64,000 bases of DNA from an uncultured Gammaproteobacteria bacterium (GCA_964610465.1 CAZSWA010000002.1:13423-77422), one strand, 5' to 3'; positions 30,098 to 40,496 are shown, numbered from the stretch's first letter. The notes: generated by a model not told the origin, from the letters alone. Translations and numbers: made by a program.

Positions 30098-31423
30098 TTA
30101 TACAGTTTCTCTCTTTTTCTCAATTGAATGGAATCGTATTCTATCGCCTCTGAAAAGTAAATCTATCTCACCTGTTGGGCCGTTACGATGTTTGGCAATG
30201 AGAAGTTTGGTTGGGATATGTGCGCCGGTACTTTCAATATCTGGTCTGTATAAAAACATGACGACATCTGCATCCTGTTCTATTGCTCCCGATTCACGAA
30301 GGTCCGCAAGTTGAGGTTTTCTCTCTCCCCTATGCTCAACTGCACGAGATAACTGAGATGCAGAAAGAACAGGAACATTGAGTTCACGTGCCAGATTTTT
30401 CAGCGCTTGTGAAACTGCTGAAACCTCCTGTACACGGTTATCATAGCGTTTGCCTGGATCTACAAGCTGCAAATAGTCAACGATGAAAAGTCCAATTCCG
30501 TGTTCAAGTTGCAAACGTCTTGCTTTACTTCTCATTTCAACCAGTGACAATCCAGGGGTATCATCAATAAAAAGAGGCGCTTCTGCTAACTGTCCCATTG
30601 CGTCTGAAATTTTTAGAAAATCATCTTCTGAGAGCCTTCCTGTTTTAAGCCTCCATGCATCTACATCAGATTGCGCAATAAGCAACCTGTCTACCAGTTC
30701 TTCCTTACTCATTTCCAAAGAAAATATTCCAACGGGCACTTTCTCAGCAACTGATACTGATTGTGCAATATTAAGTACCAATGCTGTTTTCCCCTGTCCT
30801 GGACGTGCAGCCAGAATAATAAGATTGGACTTTTGCATTCCTGAAAGTATTGTATCTAAGTCAGTAAAACCAGTTTTTATTCCTCTTAAGCCTGCGCCAT
30901 TTTTATGTAAATCATCTATTCTATCAAAACTTTCAGTAAGAGTTGCTTTAATTGATATAAAGCCTCTTTTCATATGAGATTGAGAAATCGCAAAGATTGA
31001 AGCTTCTGCCTTATCGAGAATATCTTTCACTTCCTGATTTTCTTGAAACCCAATTTCTACGATTTCAGTTCCTGCTTGAATAAGCCTTCTTTTGGTCGCA
31101 TGAGCTTTGACAATAGTGGCATAAAATTCAATATTGGCAGCTGTTGGCACCGCATTTACCAAGTCTGTAAGATAGGCAGAATCAACTTTCTTGATTTGTT
31201 TATTTTTCTTAAGCTCTTCTGTGAGTGTGAGAATATCTATCGCCTGATTTTCTTCATACAGTGCAAGCATTGCTATGTAAATAATGGCGTTGATATCATT
31301 ATAAAAATCTTTTGGACTTAACATTTCAGAGACAAGATTGATAGCATCTTTATCTATAAGAATTGCTCCAAGTACACTTTGCTCTGCTTCATCATTATGA
31401 GGAAGAACCTTTATCTGCGACAT
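30098..31423 (-). CDS. dnaB: Replicative DNA helicase
   Basis: PHN.EAEQSVLG, AARPGQGKT, VDYLQL, LRESGAIEQDAD; start at ATG 31423 (TAAGAT -10 seven nt upstream). Confidence 0.97.
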   Translation of the reverse strand: MSQIKVLPHNDEAEQSVLGAILIDKDAINLVSEMLSPKDFYNDINAIIYIAMLALYEENQAIDILTLTEELKKNKQIKKVDSAYLTDLVNAVPTAANIEFYATIVKAHATKRRLIQAGTEIVEIGFQENQEVKDILDKAEASIFAISQSHMKRGFISIKATLTESFDRIDDLHKNGAGLRGIKTGFTDLDTILSGMQKSNLIILAARPGQGKTALVLNIAQSVSVAEKVPVGIFSLEMSKEELVDRLLIAQSDVDAWRLKTGRLSEDDFLKISDAMGQLAEAPLFIDDTPGLSLVEMRSKARRLQLEHGIGLFIVDYLQLVDPGKRYDNRVQEVSAVSQALKNLARELNVPVLSASQLSRAVEHRGERKPQLADLRESGAIEQDADVVMFLYRPDIESTGAHIPTKLLIAKHRNGPTGEIDLLFRGDRIRFHSIEKKRETV

Positions 31424-31492
31424 ATGCCATATCTTACCTGCCATGAGCATAAATTGCAAATACTACAAAATGGAACACACTTGCTATTTTCT

Positions 31493-32002
31493 CTATTGGA
31501 GAAGTATTGTTTGCATTTCCTGGGGTAATTTATCAACTGTCGTTGTATATTTGGGCATTGTTTGGAGAGAATCTTTTCCAAAATTATTGATAATTTCCTG
31601 CGCTTTTTCACCTGAGAAAATCAGTACATTTGAGGCAAGGGATGTAGCAAATTCAGGGTTTACAACAGAATCAGCAATTGCTACTACCACATTATGTTCT
31701 TTTAATTTGTGTTGCATTTTCTCAAGTGATTTGAGTTGTCCCAGGAGAATTTCTACTCTATCTACTATGAAACTATAAATAGTATCTCCTTCATTACGTA
31801 ATCCTGTAATTTTAATTCCTCCAACTTCATATTCACCAGGTCCGTTTATTATGACTGTATCTTCTTGATTAGATATTTCTTCAGGTGATTTCCCAAGCGC
31901 AATAATACCATTATAGGTACTTCTATCTTGAGGATTTATTGCTAGAGTCGCGTGTTTGCCTTTTATTTTTAAAGCGCCTTTTGGAAGTGTCGTTATTTCC
32001 AT
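31493..32002 (-). CDS. Degenerate MBL-fold (Lactamase_B_3-like) protein
   Basis: GPGEYEVGGI signature; metal-binding His motif absent. Confidence 0.65.
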   Translation of the reverse strand: MEITTLPKGALKIKGKHATLAINPQDRSTYNGIIALGKSPEEISNQEDTVIINGPGEYEVGGIKITGLRNEGDTIYSFIVDRVEILLGQLKSLEKMQHKLKEHNVVVAIADSVVNPEFATSLASNVLIFSGEKAQEIINNFGKDSLQTMPKYTTTVDKLPQEMQTILLQ

Positions 32003-32150
32003 GAAGAAAATACTAACATATCTTTACCTTCCTTGACAAGAGGATTCTTTTGTCGTATTATGAACTCAACGTATGAAAGGCAGGAATTTTGATTCTTGTC
32101 CTTTTATATATATTCTGCTCAGCACTCATCAAAACTCTTAAATCTAATTT

Positions 32151-32579
32151 ATGAAGACAGAAAAAATAATCTTGTCCTTTATTGCAATTGTTGTTGGATT
32201 ATTAGCTGCAGGCGTTGCGTTTTACTTTTACCAAATGACAAAAACCGTTCCTTCTTCCAAAAGTCAACCTATCACGATAAAAACAAATGCTACTCCTACA
32301 CCTGATAGTGCTAACTTATTGACTGTTGATAGTCCAAAGGATGAAGCAGTCTTTGATAAAAAAACGCTTACAATATCTGGGAAAACTGCAACTGATGCAA
32401 CCATTATCGTCTCATCTGAATCAGATGATCAAGTAGTAAAACCTTCAGCCAACGGAGATTATACATTAACTGATACTCTTCCTGATGGTACAAGTACTAT
32501 TCAAATTACCGCGATATTTACAAATGGACAACAAAAAACAATAACACGTACAGTTACGTATTCAACTGAAAGTTTCTAA
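32151..32579 (+). CDS. Membrane-anchored Ig-like domain protein
   Basis: N-terminal TM, L.V.SP.D...I.GKT...G.Y...L..G beta-rich pattern. Confidence 0.7.
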   Translation: MKTEKIILSFIAIVVGLLAAGVAFYFYQMTKTVPSSKSQPITIKTNATPTPDSANLLTVDSPKDEAVFDKKTLTISGKTATDATIIVSSESDDQVVKPSANGDYTLTDTLPDGTSTIQITAIFTNGQQKTITRTVTYSTESF

Positions 32580-32580
32580 T

Positions 32581-33465
32581 ATGAAAAAAATTTTATTATT
32601 ACTACTATTACTCTGTATTGTCAGTATAGTTACAATGAAGGCATACGCTGCGACTCCTGCTCCTACAGCTTCAACAAATTCAGATAAAACTGCAAGTTCT
32701 TCTTCTAATGCTTCTTCTTCAGCCAATATCGGAAAAAAACTTGAAGATCAACTCAATGAGATAAAAGAACGTATTGCATCACGTGTGGCACAATTAAATC
32801 TAGTTGAAAAAAGAGCAGTTATTGGAAATGTACAAAGTACTACAACAAGCCAGATAACACTTACTGATTTACAAGGCAATACCAGATACGTTGATGTTGA
32901 TGAAATTACCAAATTCTCATCACCTTCTGCCAAAGGTTCCTTTGGAATTTCTGACTTGACTAAAGGAACAAAAGTGAGGGTATTGGGACTTTACAACAAG
33001 CAAACACAAAGAATTCAAGCGCGTTTTGTAGATGTTATCACTGAACCAACTCGTCTAGTGGGTGAAATAGCAAGTCTTGATAAAACTAATTTCACTCTTA
33101 CGTTAACAACAGAAGATAACAAACAAAAAAATATCGACATTGAAAATTTTACAAAAATCTCAAAATATACCAAGGATGGAGGCATTGCAAAATATGGATT
33201 CTCCAAATTACAGTTGGGAGATTTATTATTTGTCATAGGATTCCCAGACAAAAAAGACTCGACTCTACTTGTCGCTGATAGAATACTTGTGATAGGTGAC
33301 GTAGCAAAAGATCCAAAAATATCAGTAACTGTTCCAACGCCAACTGAGATCCCAGTTGAAAATACTCCATCAAGTATAAGTGGAAAGAAAACGAACCAAG
33401 GCTCACCCACTCCAACTACTAAAACGCCATCTCCAACCGCAAAAGCTTCAGTACCAACGAAATAA
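32581..33465 (+). CDS. Secreted protein with two OB-like (DUF5666-like) repeats
   Basis: Signal peptide; two G.V.S....LT....TK....DL..G..V.V.G repeats; P/T-rich tail. Confidence 0.7.
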   Translation: MKKILLLLLLLCIVSIVTMKAYAATPAPTASTNSDKTASSSSNASSSANIGKKLEDQLNEIKERIASRVAQLNLVEKRAVIGNVQSTTTSQITLTDLQGNTRYVDVDEITKFSSPSAKGSFGISDLTKGTKVRVLGLYNKQTQRIQARFVDVITEPTRLVGEIASLDKTNFTLTLTTEDNKQKNIDIENFTKISKYTKDGGIAKYGFSKLQLGDLLFVIGFPDKKDSTLLVADRILVIGDVAKDPKISVTVPTPTEIPVENTPSSISGKKTNQGSPTPTTKTPSPTAKASVPTK

Positions 33466-33477
33466 ATACTTTCTTCT

Positions 33478-34644
33478 ATGAATTTGCTTGAGAGAGTAAA
33501 AAAATTATTAGCTGAAGAGAAACTTGATGCAATTCTCCTATCATCAGTTCCCAATATTCTCTATCTCACTGGGTTTTCTCACTTTTCAAAAGATGAACGG
33601 GAAGCTTTTTTGTTAATTACTAAAAAGAATCAGTATATTTTGACAGATGGACGCTACTCGCATGCAGTGAGAACTCATATCAAAGATTTTCAGCTTGAAG
33701 AAATCTCATCCCATACTCCATTGAAAAAATTACTTTCAAAAATAGTCAAAAAAGAGAAACTTGCAAATGTTGGTATTGAAGAAACCAATCTTACAGTGGC
33801 GGAATACAAAAAATTAAAACCGCTTTTTAAAAAAGTACACCATATCACTTTGCATTCGCTTCGCGAAATAAAATCTCCACAGGAAATTACTTTGATACAA
33901 AATGCTTGTACTATCGGAGATAAAGCGTTTTCATTTATACTGACAAAACTCAAACCTGGAATTACAGAAAAAGCAATTGCCTTCGAACTTGAGTGGTTCA
34001 TCAAAAAAGAAGGTGCAGATTTTTCTTTCCCGGCAATAGTTGCATTTGCAGAAAATGCAGCCGTCCCTCATCACAAAACCGGCACTAAAAAACTTGAAGA
34101 CAATATGCCGGTGCTATTGGACTTTGGAGTCAAGTATAATGAGTATTGTTCTGATATGACAAGAACAGTATTTTTTTGCAAAGCGACAAAGAAACAAAAA
34201 ACTATCTATCACACAGTTCTTGCCGCACAACAGAAAGCAATATACTATATTGAACAACAACTAAAGCTATATTCTTCGAGCGACCACGCTCAGCGTGGGA
34301 ATCGAGAAGTTTCTCCCTATACTAAGCACGACAGTTCTCGACTTCGCTCAAACAATAATCTAGAAGCTTCTGAAGTTGATAAAGTAGCAAGAGACTATAT
34401 TATTTTCCAAAACTTCCCTTCTATTCCTCACTCTCTTGGTCATGGCATTGGTCTTGAAGTCCATGAAACACCTCACCTCTCACCAAAATCAAAAGATGTT
34501 TTAAAAAATGGCATGGTTTTCTCTCTAGAGCCAGGAATTTATGTACCGGATTTCATGGGAGTTCGGATTGAAGATTTATTTACAATACAGGAAGGCAAAC
34601 TTCTACACCTTACAAAATCCCCTAAGAATCTTATTGAATTATAA
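33478..34644 (+). CDS. Xaa-Pro aminopeptidase (M24B) with ~30-aa repeat-derived insertion
   Basis: TDGRY, PHH, Y.SDMTRT, HSLGHGIGLEVHE, EPGIY, GVRIED. Confidence 0.95.
   Translation: MNLLERVKKLLAEEKLDAILLSSVPNILYLTGFSHFSKDEREAFLLITKKNQYILTDGRYSHAVRTHIKDFQLEEISSHTPLKKLLSKIVKKEKLANVGIEETNLTVAEYKKLKPLFKKVHHITLHSLREIKSPQEITLIQNACTIGDKAFSFILTKLKPGITEKAIAFELEWFIKKEGADFSFPAIVAFAENAAVPHHKTGTKKLEDNMPVLLDFGVKYNEYCSDMTRTVFFCKATKKQKTIYHTVLAAQQKAIYYIEQQLKLYSSSDHAQRGNREVSPYTKHDSSRLRSNNNLEASEVDKVARDYIIFQNFPSIPHSLGHGIGLEVHETPHLSPKSKDVLKNGMVFSLEPGIYVPDFMGVRIEDLFTIQEGKLLHLTKSPKNLIEL
34270..34357. repeat. Palindromic element in frame within the Xaa-Pro peptidase
   Basis: TATTCTTCGAGCGA...TCGCTCAAACAATA ends; inner CCACGCT-C-AGCGTGG and TCGAGAA/TTCTCGA stems. 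Confidence 0.78.
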
Positions 34645-34671
34645 CCCATACATTATGGTAAAATTGTACAT

Positions 34672-35961
34672 ATGTTAAAAGCACAAACATTAAAAGGCTT
34701 TCGGGATTTTCTACCACAGGAAGCCAAGAAACGGCAATACTTCATAAACACCTTACAATCGGTGTTTAAACTCTATGGCTTTGAACCACTTGAGACTCCA
34801 GCTCTTGAATATGAAGAGATTCTTCTTGGGAAATACGGCGAAGAAGGCGATAAACTTATGTATCGGTTTGAAGATTTGGGGAAACGCAAAGTCGCGCTTC
34901 GCTATGACCAAACCGTTCCTCTTGCCCGTGTAGCAGCACAATATGCTTCAGTAAGCTCAGCACAAGGTCAACCACTCCTTCCTATGCCATTTAAACGTTA
35001 TCAAATCCAGCCGGTATGGCGCGCAGAAAACACGCAGAAAGGACGGTTTAGAGAGTTTCTGCAATGTGACATAGATACGCTTGGTACTTCATCTCTTATC
35101 GCAGATGCGGAAATTATTGCTGCTTGCGTAAATGCATTACAGAAACTTGGATTTCAAAATTTTAAAATACTCGTAAATGACAGACGCGTATTTTCAACTC
35201 TTATTGAGCGAGAGCTAGCAAGTGAAGTTGAGATACCACTTATTGTTCGCGCGATTGATAAAATGAAAAAAATTGGTACAGAAGGAGTGATAAAAGAGCT
35301 TATTGACGCAGGAATTGCTGAGCAACGTTCACAAGAGATATTAGATACTATGAAATCCCAGCAAGAATCAGATACTGTTGTCAAGGAAATACGCAATACT
35401 CTTAAAACTCTTTCAATAGATGAGAAATATATTGAATTTGACCCGACACTTGCACGAGGTCTTGATTATTATACAGGCATGATTTTTGAAGTTGAAATTG
35501 AAGGATATAGTGCAGGTTCCGTTGCAGGAGGCGGAAGATATGACAATCTTATTGGTTTATTTACTAACCAACCAATTCCAGCAGTTGGTTGCGCATTTGG
35601 ATTTGACAGAATTATGGAAGCATTGGAAAAACAAAACCTTTTCCCATCAAACCTTACTGAATCCTCAACCAAAATTCTGGTAACTATTTTTTCACCTGAG
35701 TTAAAAGAGCAATCAATTAAAATCAGTTCTCAATTGCGTTTGAACAATATTACTACTGAAATCTACTTAAACGAGAATGCAAAACTTGATAAGCAACTTA
35801 AATATGCAGACAACAAAAATATTCCCTTTGTACTTATTGCAGGTCCTGAAGAAATAAAAAACAATCAGGTAAAAGTAAAAAATATGAGGGAAAGAACAGA
35901 ACAATCATTGACTTTAGATGAACTTCTTAATAAGCTAAAAGATAGCAGTGAAAATCTCTAA
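34672..35961 (+). CDS. hisS: Histidine--tRNA ligase
   Basis: LRYDQT, RFREF.QCD, RGLDYYTG, GGGRYD. Confidence 0.97.
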   Translation: MLKAQTLKGFRDFLPQEAKKRQYFINTLQSVFKLYGFEPLETPALEYEEILLGKYGEEGDKLMYRFEDLGKRKVALRYDQTVPLARVAAQYASVSSAQGQPLLPMPFKRYQIQPVWRAENTQKGRFREFLQCDIDTLGTSSLIADAEIIAACVNALQKLGFQNFKILVNDRRVFSTLIERELASEVEIPLIVRAIDKMKKIGTEGVIKELIDAGIAEQRSQEILDTMKSQQESDTVVKEIRNTLKTLSIDEKYIEFDPTLARGLDYYTGMIFEVEIEGYSAGSVAGGGRYDNLIGLFTNQPIPAVGCAFGFDRIMEALEKQNLFPSNLTESSTKILVTIFSPELKEQSIKISSQLRLNNITTEIYLNENAKLDKQLKYADNKNIPFVLIAGPEEIKNNQVKVKNMRERTEQSLTLDELLNKLKDSSENL

Positions 35962-36853
35962 AATTCGTCTTGCTGTTATCGGGCTTATTATTGCAAACTT
36001 TATTTGGGGAGCTGCCCCTCCTATATTTAAATGGTCGCTTCAAGGAATACATCCATTCACCCTCGCATTTTTCCGTTCCTTTATTGCTGCAATGGTGCTT
36101 CTTCCTTTCACTATTACAAAATTAAAAGTCAAACGTCGGGATGTGGCGCTTCTTATTCTTCTTTCAGTACTTGGAATGGCTTTTAATATCAGTTATTTTC
36201 TTTGGGGTTTACAATATACCCAAAGTATTAATGCGCCTATCATCTCATCTGCTGCGCCGATTTTACTTATAATTGGTTCTGTAGTTTTTTTACATGAAAG
36301 ACCAAAGGTAAAAGTAGTCTTAGGAACAATTATCAGTCTTATTGGTGTCTCTGTTATAGTTTTCCAGCCGCTGCTTATTACCAAACTAGATGGTGCAGTG
36401 ATGGGAAATGCGTTCTTTGTGGTAGCTATGATGCTTTCTGTATTGTATACCTTGCTTTTGAAAGAAATTATGCCAAGATATAGCTCATTTACTATCACAT
36501 TTTGGGTTTTTGCAATCTCTTCACTCGCACTTCTCCCCTTTGTACTTCTTGAGATACATAACGGACGTATCATTGATGGATTTACTGGACGTGGCATTAT
36601 TGGAATACTTTGGGGAGGATTTATTTCATCTGCTATAGCCTATCTTTTTTATTCATTTGCAGTAAAATATATTGCAACAAGTGAAGTAGGAATTTTCTTA
36701 TATGTTGACCCCGTAGTTACTGCAGTTATCGCGTGGCTCTTACTTGGTGAGACTGTCAATCCTACATTTCTTTTTGGAGCAGTCCTTGTGTTTTTTGGCA
36801 TCTTTATTGCCAAAGGTCGCCTCCACTTCCACCCGGTACATTTATTGAGATAA
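35948..36853 (+). CDS. DMT/EamA transporter
   Basis: IWG, 10 TM, two EamA repeats (FLHER, LLGE). Confidence 0.92.
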   Translation: MKISKIRLAVIGLIIANFIWGAAPPIFKWSLQGIHPFTLAFFRSFIAAMVLLPFTITKLKVKRRDVALLILLSVLGMAFNISYFLWGLQYTQSINAPIISSAAPILLIIGSVVFLHERPKVKVVLGTIISLIGVSVIVFQPLLITKLDGAVMGNAFFVVAMMLSVLYTLLLKEIMPRYSSFTITFWVFAISSLALLPFVLLEIHNGRIIDGFTGRGIIGILWGGFISSAIAYLFYSFAVKYIATSEVGIFLYVDPVVTAVIAWLLLGETVNPTFLFGAVLVFFGIFIAKGRLHFHPVHLLR

Positions 36854-36917
36854 AATTTATAAATCTATAATTATCTGATTCTGTGTTATGGACTATACTT
36901 ACAATAGTTTCAGTACC

Positions 36918-39176
36918 TTATTGTTTAATAGTTTTCCCTACTTGATCTCGTAAGTTTTTTGTACAATGTTCACAAAATTCATGTTTATTAATAAGCCCTT
37001 CTCTGATTTTTTCAAGCAATTGTTGTTGCTCGAAGTCAGGAGTGTTTGTTCTAAATAATTTTTCTATCATATCTGAATCACTTACAAATTCTTCTACAGC
37101 ACTACGTAATTTTGGTAAAGCTTGTAAGAGAGACTCTGTTGATATATCCTTTCCCTGGCGATGTAAGCTTCCAGTAGCTCTTGCTGCTTCAGATCTTATA
37201 TCTTCACGTTGTTTATTTGATAATGGTACTCTTTCTCCATTACCAAGAACAGGATTGCTACAATCTTCAATTCTATTTAATTCAGATTCTGAGAGAATAT
37301 TTTTTATTTCATCATTATGCCTTTTTTCCAACGGATCTCTTTGCTCATATTCTTTTCTTTTTCCAGGTGATAACATTACTGTATCAATGTAACTATTAAA
37401 TATTCTGTCTCTCTTCTGCTCAAACGATTCTTCTTCAGTTCCAGCTCCTTCCATACGAATTATTTTAAGAAGCCATTTTCTATAATCTCCAATTTCATCA
37501 TCAATGATATGTAACCATGCTTGTTTATTGCTACTAATTGAACTTCGGGTATCTGCTTCTATTTCTTTTCGCAGGTCTACCAGCGCATCAAAAGGACTCA
37601 AGCATTTTGCGCCGTTTTCTTTTGCCTTTAATACGATATTGTAAAATTTATCTGTAATATATGCTTCAGACATGCCGATAGCACCTTCTCCATTCGCTTT
37701 TCCATCTTCTTCAATATCTTTTCTATTTTTTTGAGAGAAACCATCTTCTGATCTACCATCATAAATAGCAAGCTTGATTCTTGGTGTTAATTTTTTATCA
37801 ACAAGCTGTTTGTCTTTAGGTTGCGTAATCCTTGATAATATAGCAACATTCGCAATTCTTTCAGCTCTGATATGCATGGCATCCTTATCAAAAAAACCTC
37901 GTTCTCTTCTTCTTTTTCTATGCAATTCTTTTATATTACGGTAAAACGATATGTCTTTTTTCTCTAATGTCGTTTCTAATTCACTCACTACCTCTGATCG
38001 TGAAAGGCGGTAATGAATATCAACTTTTTCAAGACGTTCTTCAATTGCTTTTGCTATATCTCCTGAGGAATCTTTTTTGCCTTTTTCTTCAATTTCTCCA
38101 AGAAGAGTGTCGTACTCTTCATTCGTAGTTTCAGCAAATATCATAAAATCAAGATTTTCATATCGTAAACTATCTATATTCAAAGATCCGCTGCGAATAA
38201 AGTTAAGTATATCATTTCTAAATTTAGGATCATGCTTCATAAATTCAGCAATATGAAGGATTCCTCCATTCGCGCCTAATATTCTTTTAAATGCGTCCTT
38301 TCTCCCTTCTTCAGAATTAGTATCCTTTGGTTCAAGAGTTGCTACCCCACGTGACAACTGTGACGAGGAGAATGCCACTGGTTCTGTAAGAACTTCTGAT
38401 GGATTATAATGATGTTCTTTTAAAAGAGCTTCACAATGGGCACATAGCCCTCTTGTTACTCCATATGCTTTTCGTAATCCTTGTCTTTCTTGAACTGTTA
38501 TATTTTTCCCTGCGAGAAGAGCTTTTAATGCTGGTTCATTTATTTCACAACCTTTTATTATGTCAAAAGATTCTTTATCTCCAAAATGTTTTACTGTATA
38601 GTCAATTGTGCCTTGTTTAATAGCATCTAAAATAACCGACTTTCCTGATCCACTTGGACCTACAAGGAAAACCATTTTTGAAGATTGTGTTTCTCCTGCT
38701 TGTTTTCTCGCAATATTTTCTATCTGCTCTTTCACTTCTCCCATTCCATCTACTCTCTCAGTTGAATCTCTCATTGATGTATAGAACGTATTTTCCATAT
38801 GGCCTGAAGGAAGTGGATAATGTTCACCTTCCATTAATGCTCTATATACACGGTGGGCAGCATTTCTTGCAGGACGCTTTTCTTTTGTTGCGATTTTATT
38901 GACGAGCTCTTGAACAGTCAATTCTCTATCTACTATTTCTCTTTCTTGCTGTTCACGAGCTATACGTTCAAGAATAGGACGAGGGTCATAATATACCTCC
39001 TTTTCAGGTATTTTTCTGGATTTTCTTCTTGTTTCTCGTGTTATTGAGAGAACTTTAGGTGACGGTAAGATATCAACTTGTGAAGCTCTTCTCACTCTAC
39101 TAGAAGTTACTTCACGAGGAAACTGCCCATTAGAAACGGCATTTAGAGGTAAATCTTCACTTCTTTCAAGACTCAT
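36918..39176 (-). CDS. PrkA/YeaG-like AAA+ ATPase (divergent)
   Basis: LVGPSGSGKS Walker A, GCEINEP, CAHC, ANGGILHIAEFMK, TNE.EY, Y.L..SE, EG..GMS, C-terminal FCEHC. Confidence 0.8.
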   Translation of the reverse strand: MSLERSEDLPLNAVSNGQFPREVTSSRVRRASQVDILPSPKVLSITRETRRKSRKIPEKEVYYDPRPILERIAREQQEREIVDRELTVQELVNKIATKEKRPARNAAHRVYRALMEGEHYPLPSGHMENTFYTSMRDSTERVDGMGEVKEQIENIARKQAGETQSSKMVFLVGPSGSGKSVILDAIKQGTIDYTVKHFGDKESFDIIKGCEINEPALKALLAGKNITVQERQGLRKAYGVTRGLCAHCEALLKEHHYNPSEVLTEPVAFSSSQLSRGVATLEPKDTNSEEGRKDAFKRILGANGGILHIAEFMKHDPKFRNDILNFIRSGSLNIDSLRYENLDFMIFAETTNEEYDTLLGEIEEKGKKDSSGDIAKAIEERLEKVDIHYRLSRSEVVSELETTLEKKDISFYRNIKELHRKRRRERGFFDKDAMHIRAERIANVAILSRITQPKDKQLVDKKLTPRIKLAIYDGRSEDGFSQKNRKDIEEDGKANGEGAIGMSEAYITDKFYNIVLKAKENGAKCLSPFDALVDLRKEIEADTRSSISSNKQAWLHIIDDEIGDYRKWLLKIIRMEGAGTEEESFEQKRDRIFNSYIDTVMLSPGKRKEYEQRDPLEKRHNDEIKNILSESELNRIEDCSNPVLGNGERVPLSNKQREDIRSEAARATGSLHRQGKDISTESLLQALPKLRSAVEEFVSDSDMIEKLFRTNTPDFEQQQLLEKIREGLINKHEFCEHCTKNLRDQVGKTIKQ

Positions 39177-39228
39177 GATTGAGATATGTATAAATGGCAG
39201 TTATTAAACGGTCAGTTATAGAACACTA

Positions 39229-40053
39229 TCAGGCTATTTTACTTCGTAAATTAACTTTTTCTCCTATATATTTTGCCGCTACTTTTTCGAGTCTTCTGTC
39301 CTTGATATAAAACTCCCCAGCTGTCTTAATAATCCCTTTTACTTGCTCTATCACTTGAGATTGTTTATCATCAGGTAATGCGTTTTCTGTTGAAAGAAGC
39401 AGCGGAGTTCTATAGAGTGGATTACTTCTCTGTATCCTTCTTGCTTCAGATATATTTCTCAGTGTATATGCTGACCCTTCTCTTGTAAGACTTTTTACTC
39501 TTGCTTTTTCTCTTCCATCAGTTGTTCCAGTAGTAATAAATAGCTCATCTTCTCCATCAACTTGAGATACCTCTTGAAATCTACCATCTGTTGTCTCAAG
39601 TCTCATTCTATGCCATACCTCAATTGGTTTTCTCCCTTCACTCTCTGCTAAAGATTTCATATGTGCATAAAGTTTTTTATCTTCTGGAGTAAGTAGTTTA
39701 CCATCCCCATTATATTTTCCCAATACAATTGTCATGTTTTGAAATATGTTTCTGATGTTTTGTTGTGTCTCACGAATTTTCTGTCTTGATGCCCTTTCAA
39801 TATCTTCTGAGCCTACTGTTTCCTCAGGTTGGTATATAACACGTTCGCTTCCAGGGGGAATATCCTCACTTAAAAGACCATGTTCCGCTTGCCAACGGGC
39901 AAATCTTGCACGCTTAGGATCTATTCCTTGTTCTTGCAATTCTCCTTCCTGATTAGTAACTCTTAATTTAGCTAATCTGTTAACTTCTTGTTGTGTGAAA
40001 CCTTTTGCTTGTAAACTTTGAATATCTTGTAAATTTTCTTTAGGTACTGCCAT
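39229..40053 (-). CDS. Hypothetical protein with N-terminal GFTxxEVxRL...RxRFARWxxEHGLL motif
   Basis: Long ORF; ATG 40053 just downstream of the attenuator terminator. Confidence 0.75.
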   Translation of the reverse strand: MAVPKENLQDIQSLQAKGFTQQEVNRLAKLRVTNQEGELQEQGIDPKRARFARWQAEHGLLSEDIPPGSERVIYQPEETVGSEDIERASRQKIRETQQNIRNIFQNMTIVLGKYNGDGKLLTPEDKKLYAHMKSLAESEGRKPIEVWHRMRLETTDGRFQEVSQVDGEDELFITTGTTDGREKARVKSLTREGSAYTLRNISEARRIQRSNPLYRTPLLLSTENALPDDKQSQVIEQVKGIIKTAGEFYIKDRRLEKVAAKYIGEKVNLRSKIA

Positions 40054-40063
40054 ATTTTTATAC

Positions 40064-40217
40064 AAAAAAACCCCTCTTTGTGTGAGGGGAAGGTTTGTCG
40101 ATATTTTTTCTACCTACTCCTCCCTCCCCTTCATCTTTTGAAGGGTAAAGCAGATAATAGAAAATGTATGTTTCATGTTCATGGTTTCATTAAATCACCA
40201 AACTAATTGCTTGTCAA
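40064..40217 (-). promoter_or_regulatory. Attenuator B: promoter, leader peptide (40182-40114) and terminator
   Basis: TTGACA-17-TTTAAT; leader MNMKHTFSIICFTLQKMKGREE*; CCCCTC/GAGGGG stem + T7. Confidence 0.75.
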
Positions 40218-40247
40218 TAGTTTTATTGTTGCTCTTATAAAAAGTTC

Positions 40248-40487
40248 TTAAAATGTGGGCAGATCAGGATAACGTAAATCAGGATCAATTTCTTCTGGTC
40301 CTTTTTGTCGAGGTGGTTTTGGAGTTTTTTCTTGAGCAATAAAGATATCTTTCTCATTTCTTTTCTTCTCCCCTTGCAACTTTTCTATCTCATGACGAGG
40401 TCCTTTTTTATATTCTTCTTTCCGTGCTTTCAGTTTATCCTGTGCTTCAATAGAGAATTGGGCTAATAATCTTGATTCGTTTTCCAT
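40248..40487 (-). CDS. Small hypothetical protein (79 aa)
   Basis: ATG just downstream of attenuator A terminator. Confidence 0.7.
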   Translation of the reverse strand: MENESRLLAQFSIEAQDKLKARKEEYKKGPRHEIEKLQGEKKRNEKDIFIAQEKTPKPPRQKGPEEIDPDLRYPDLPTF

Positions 40488-40496
40488 ATTTTTTCC

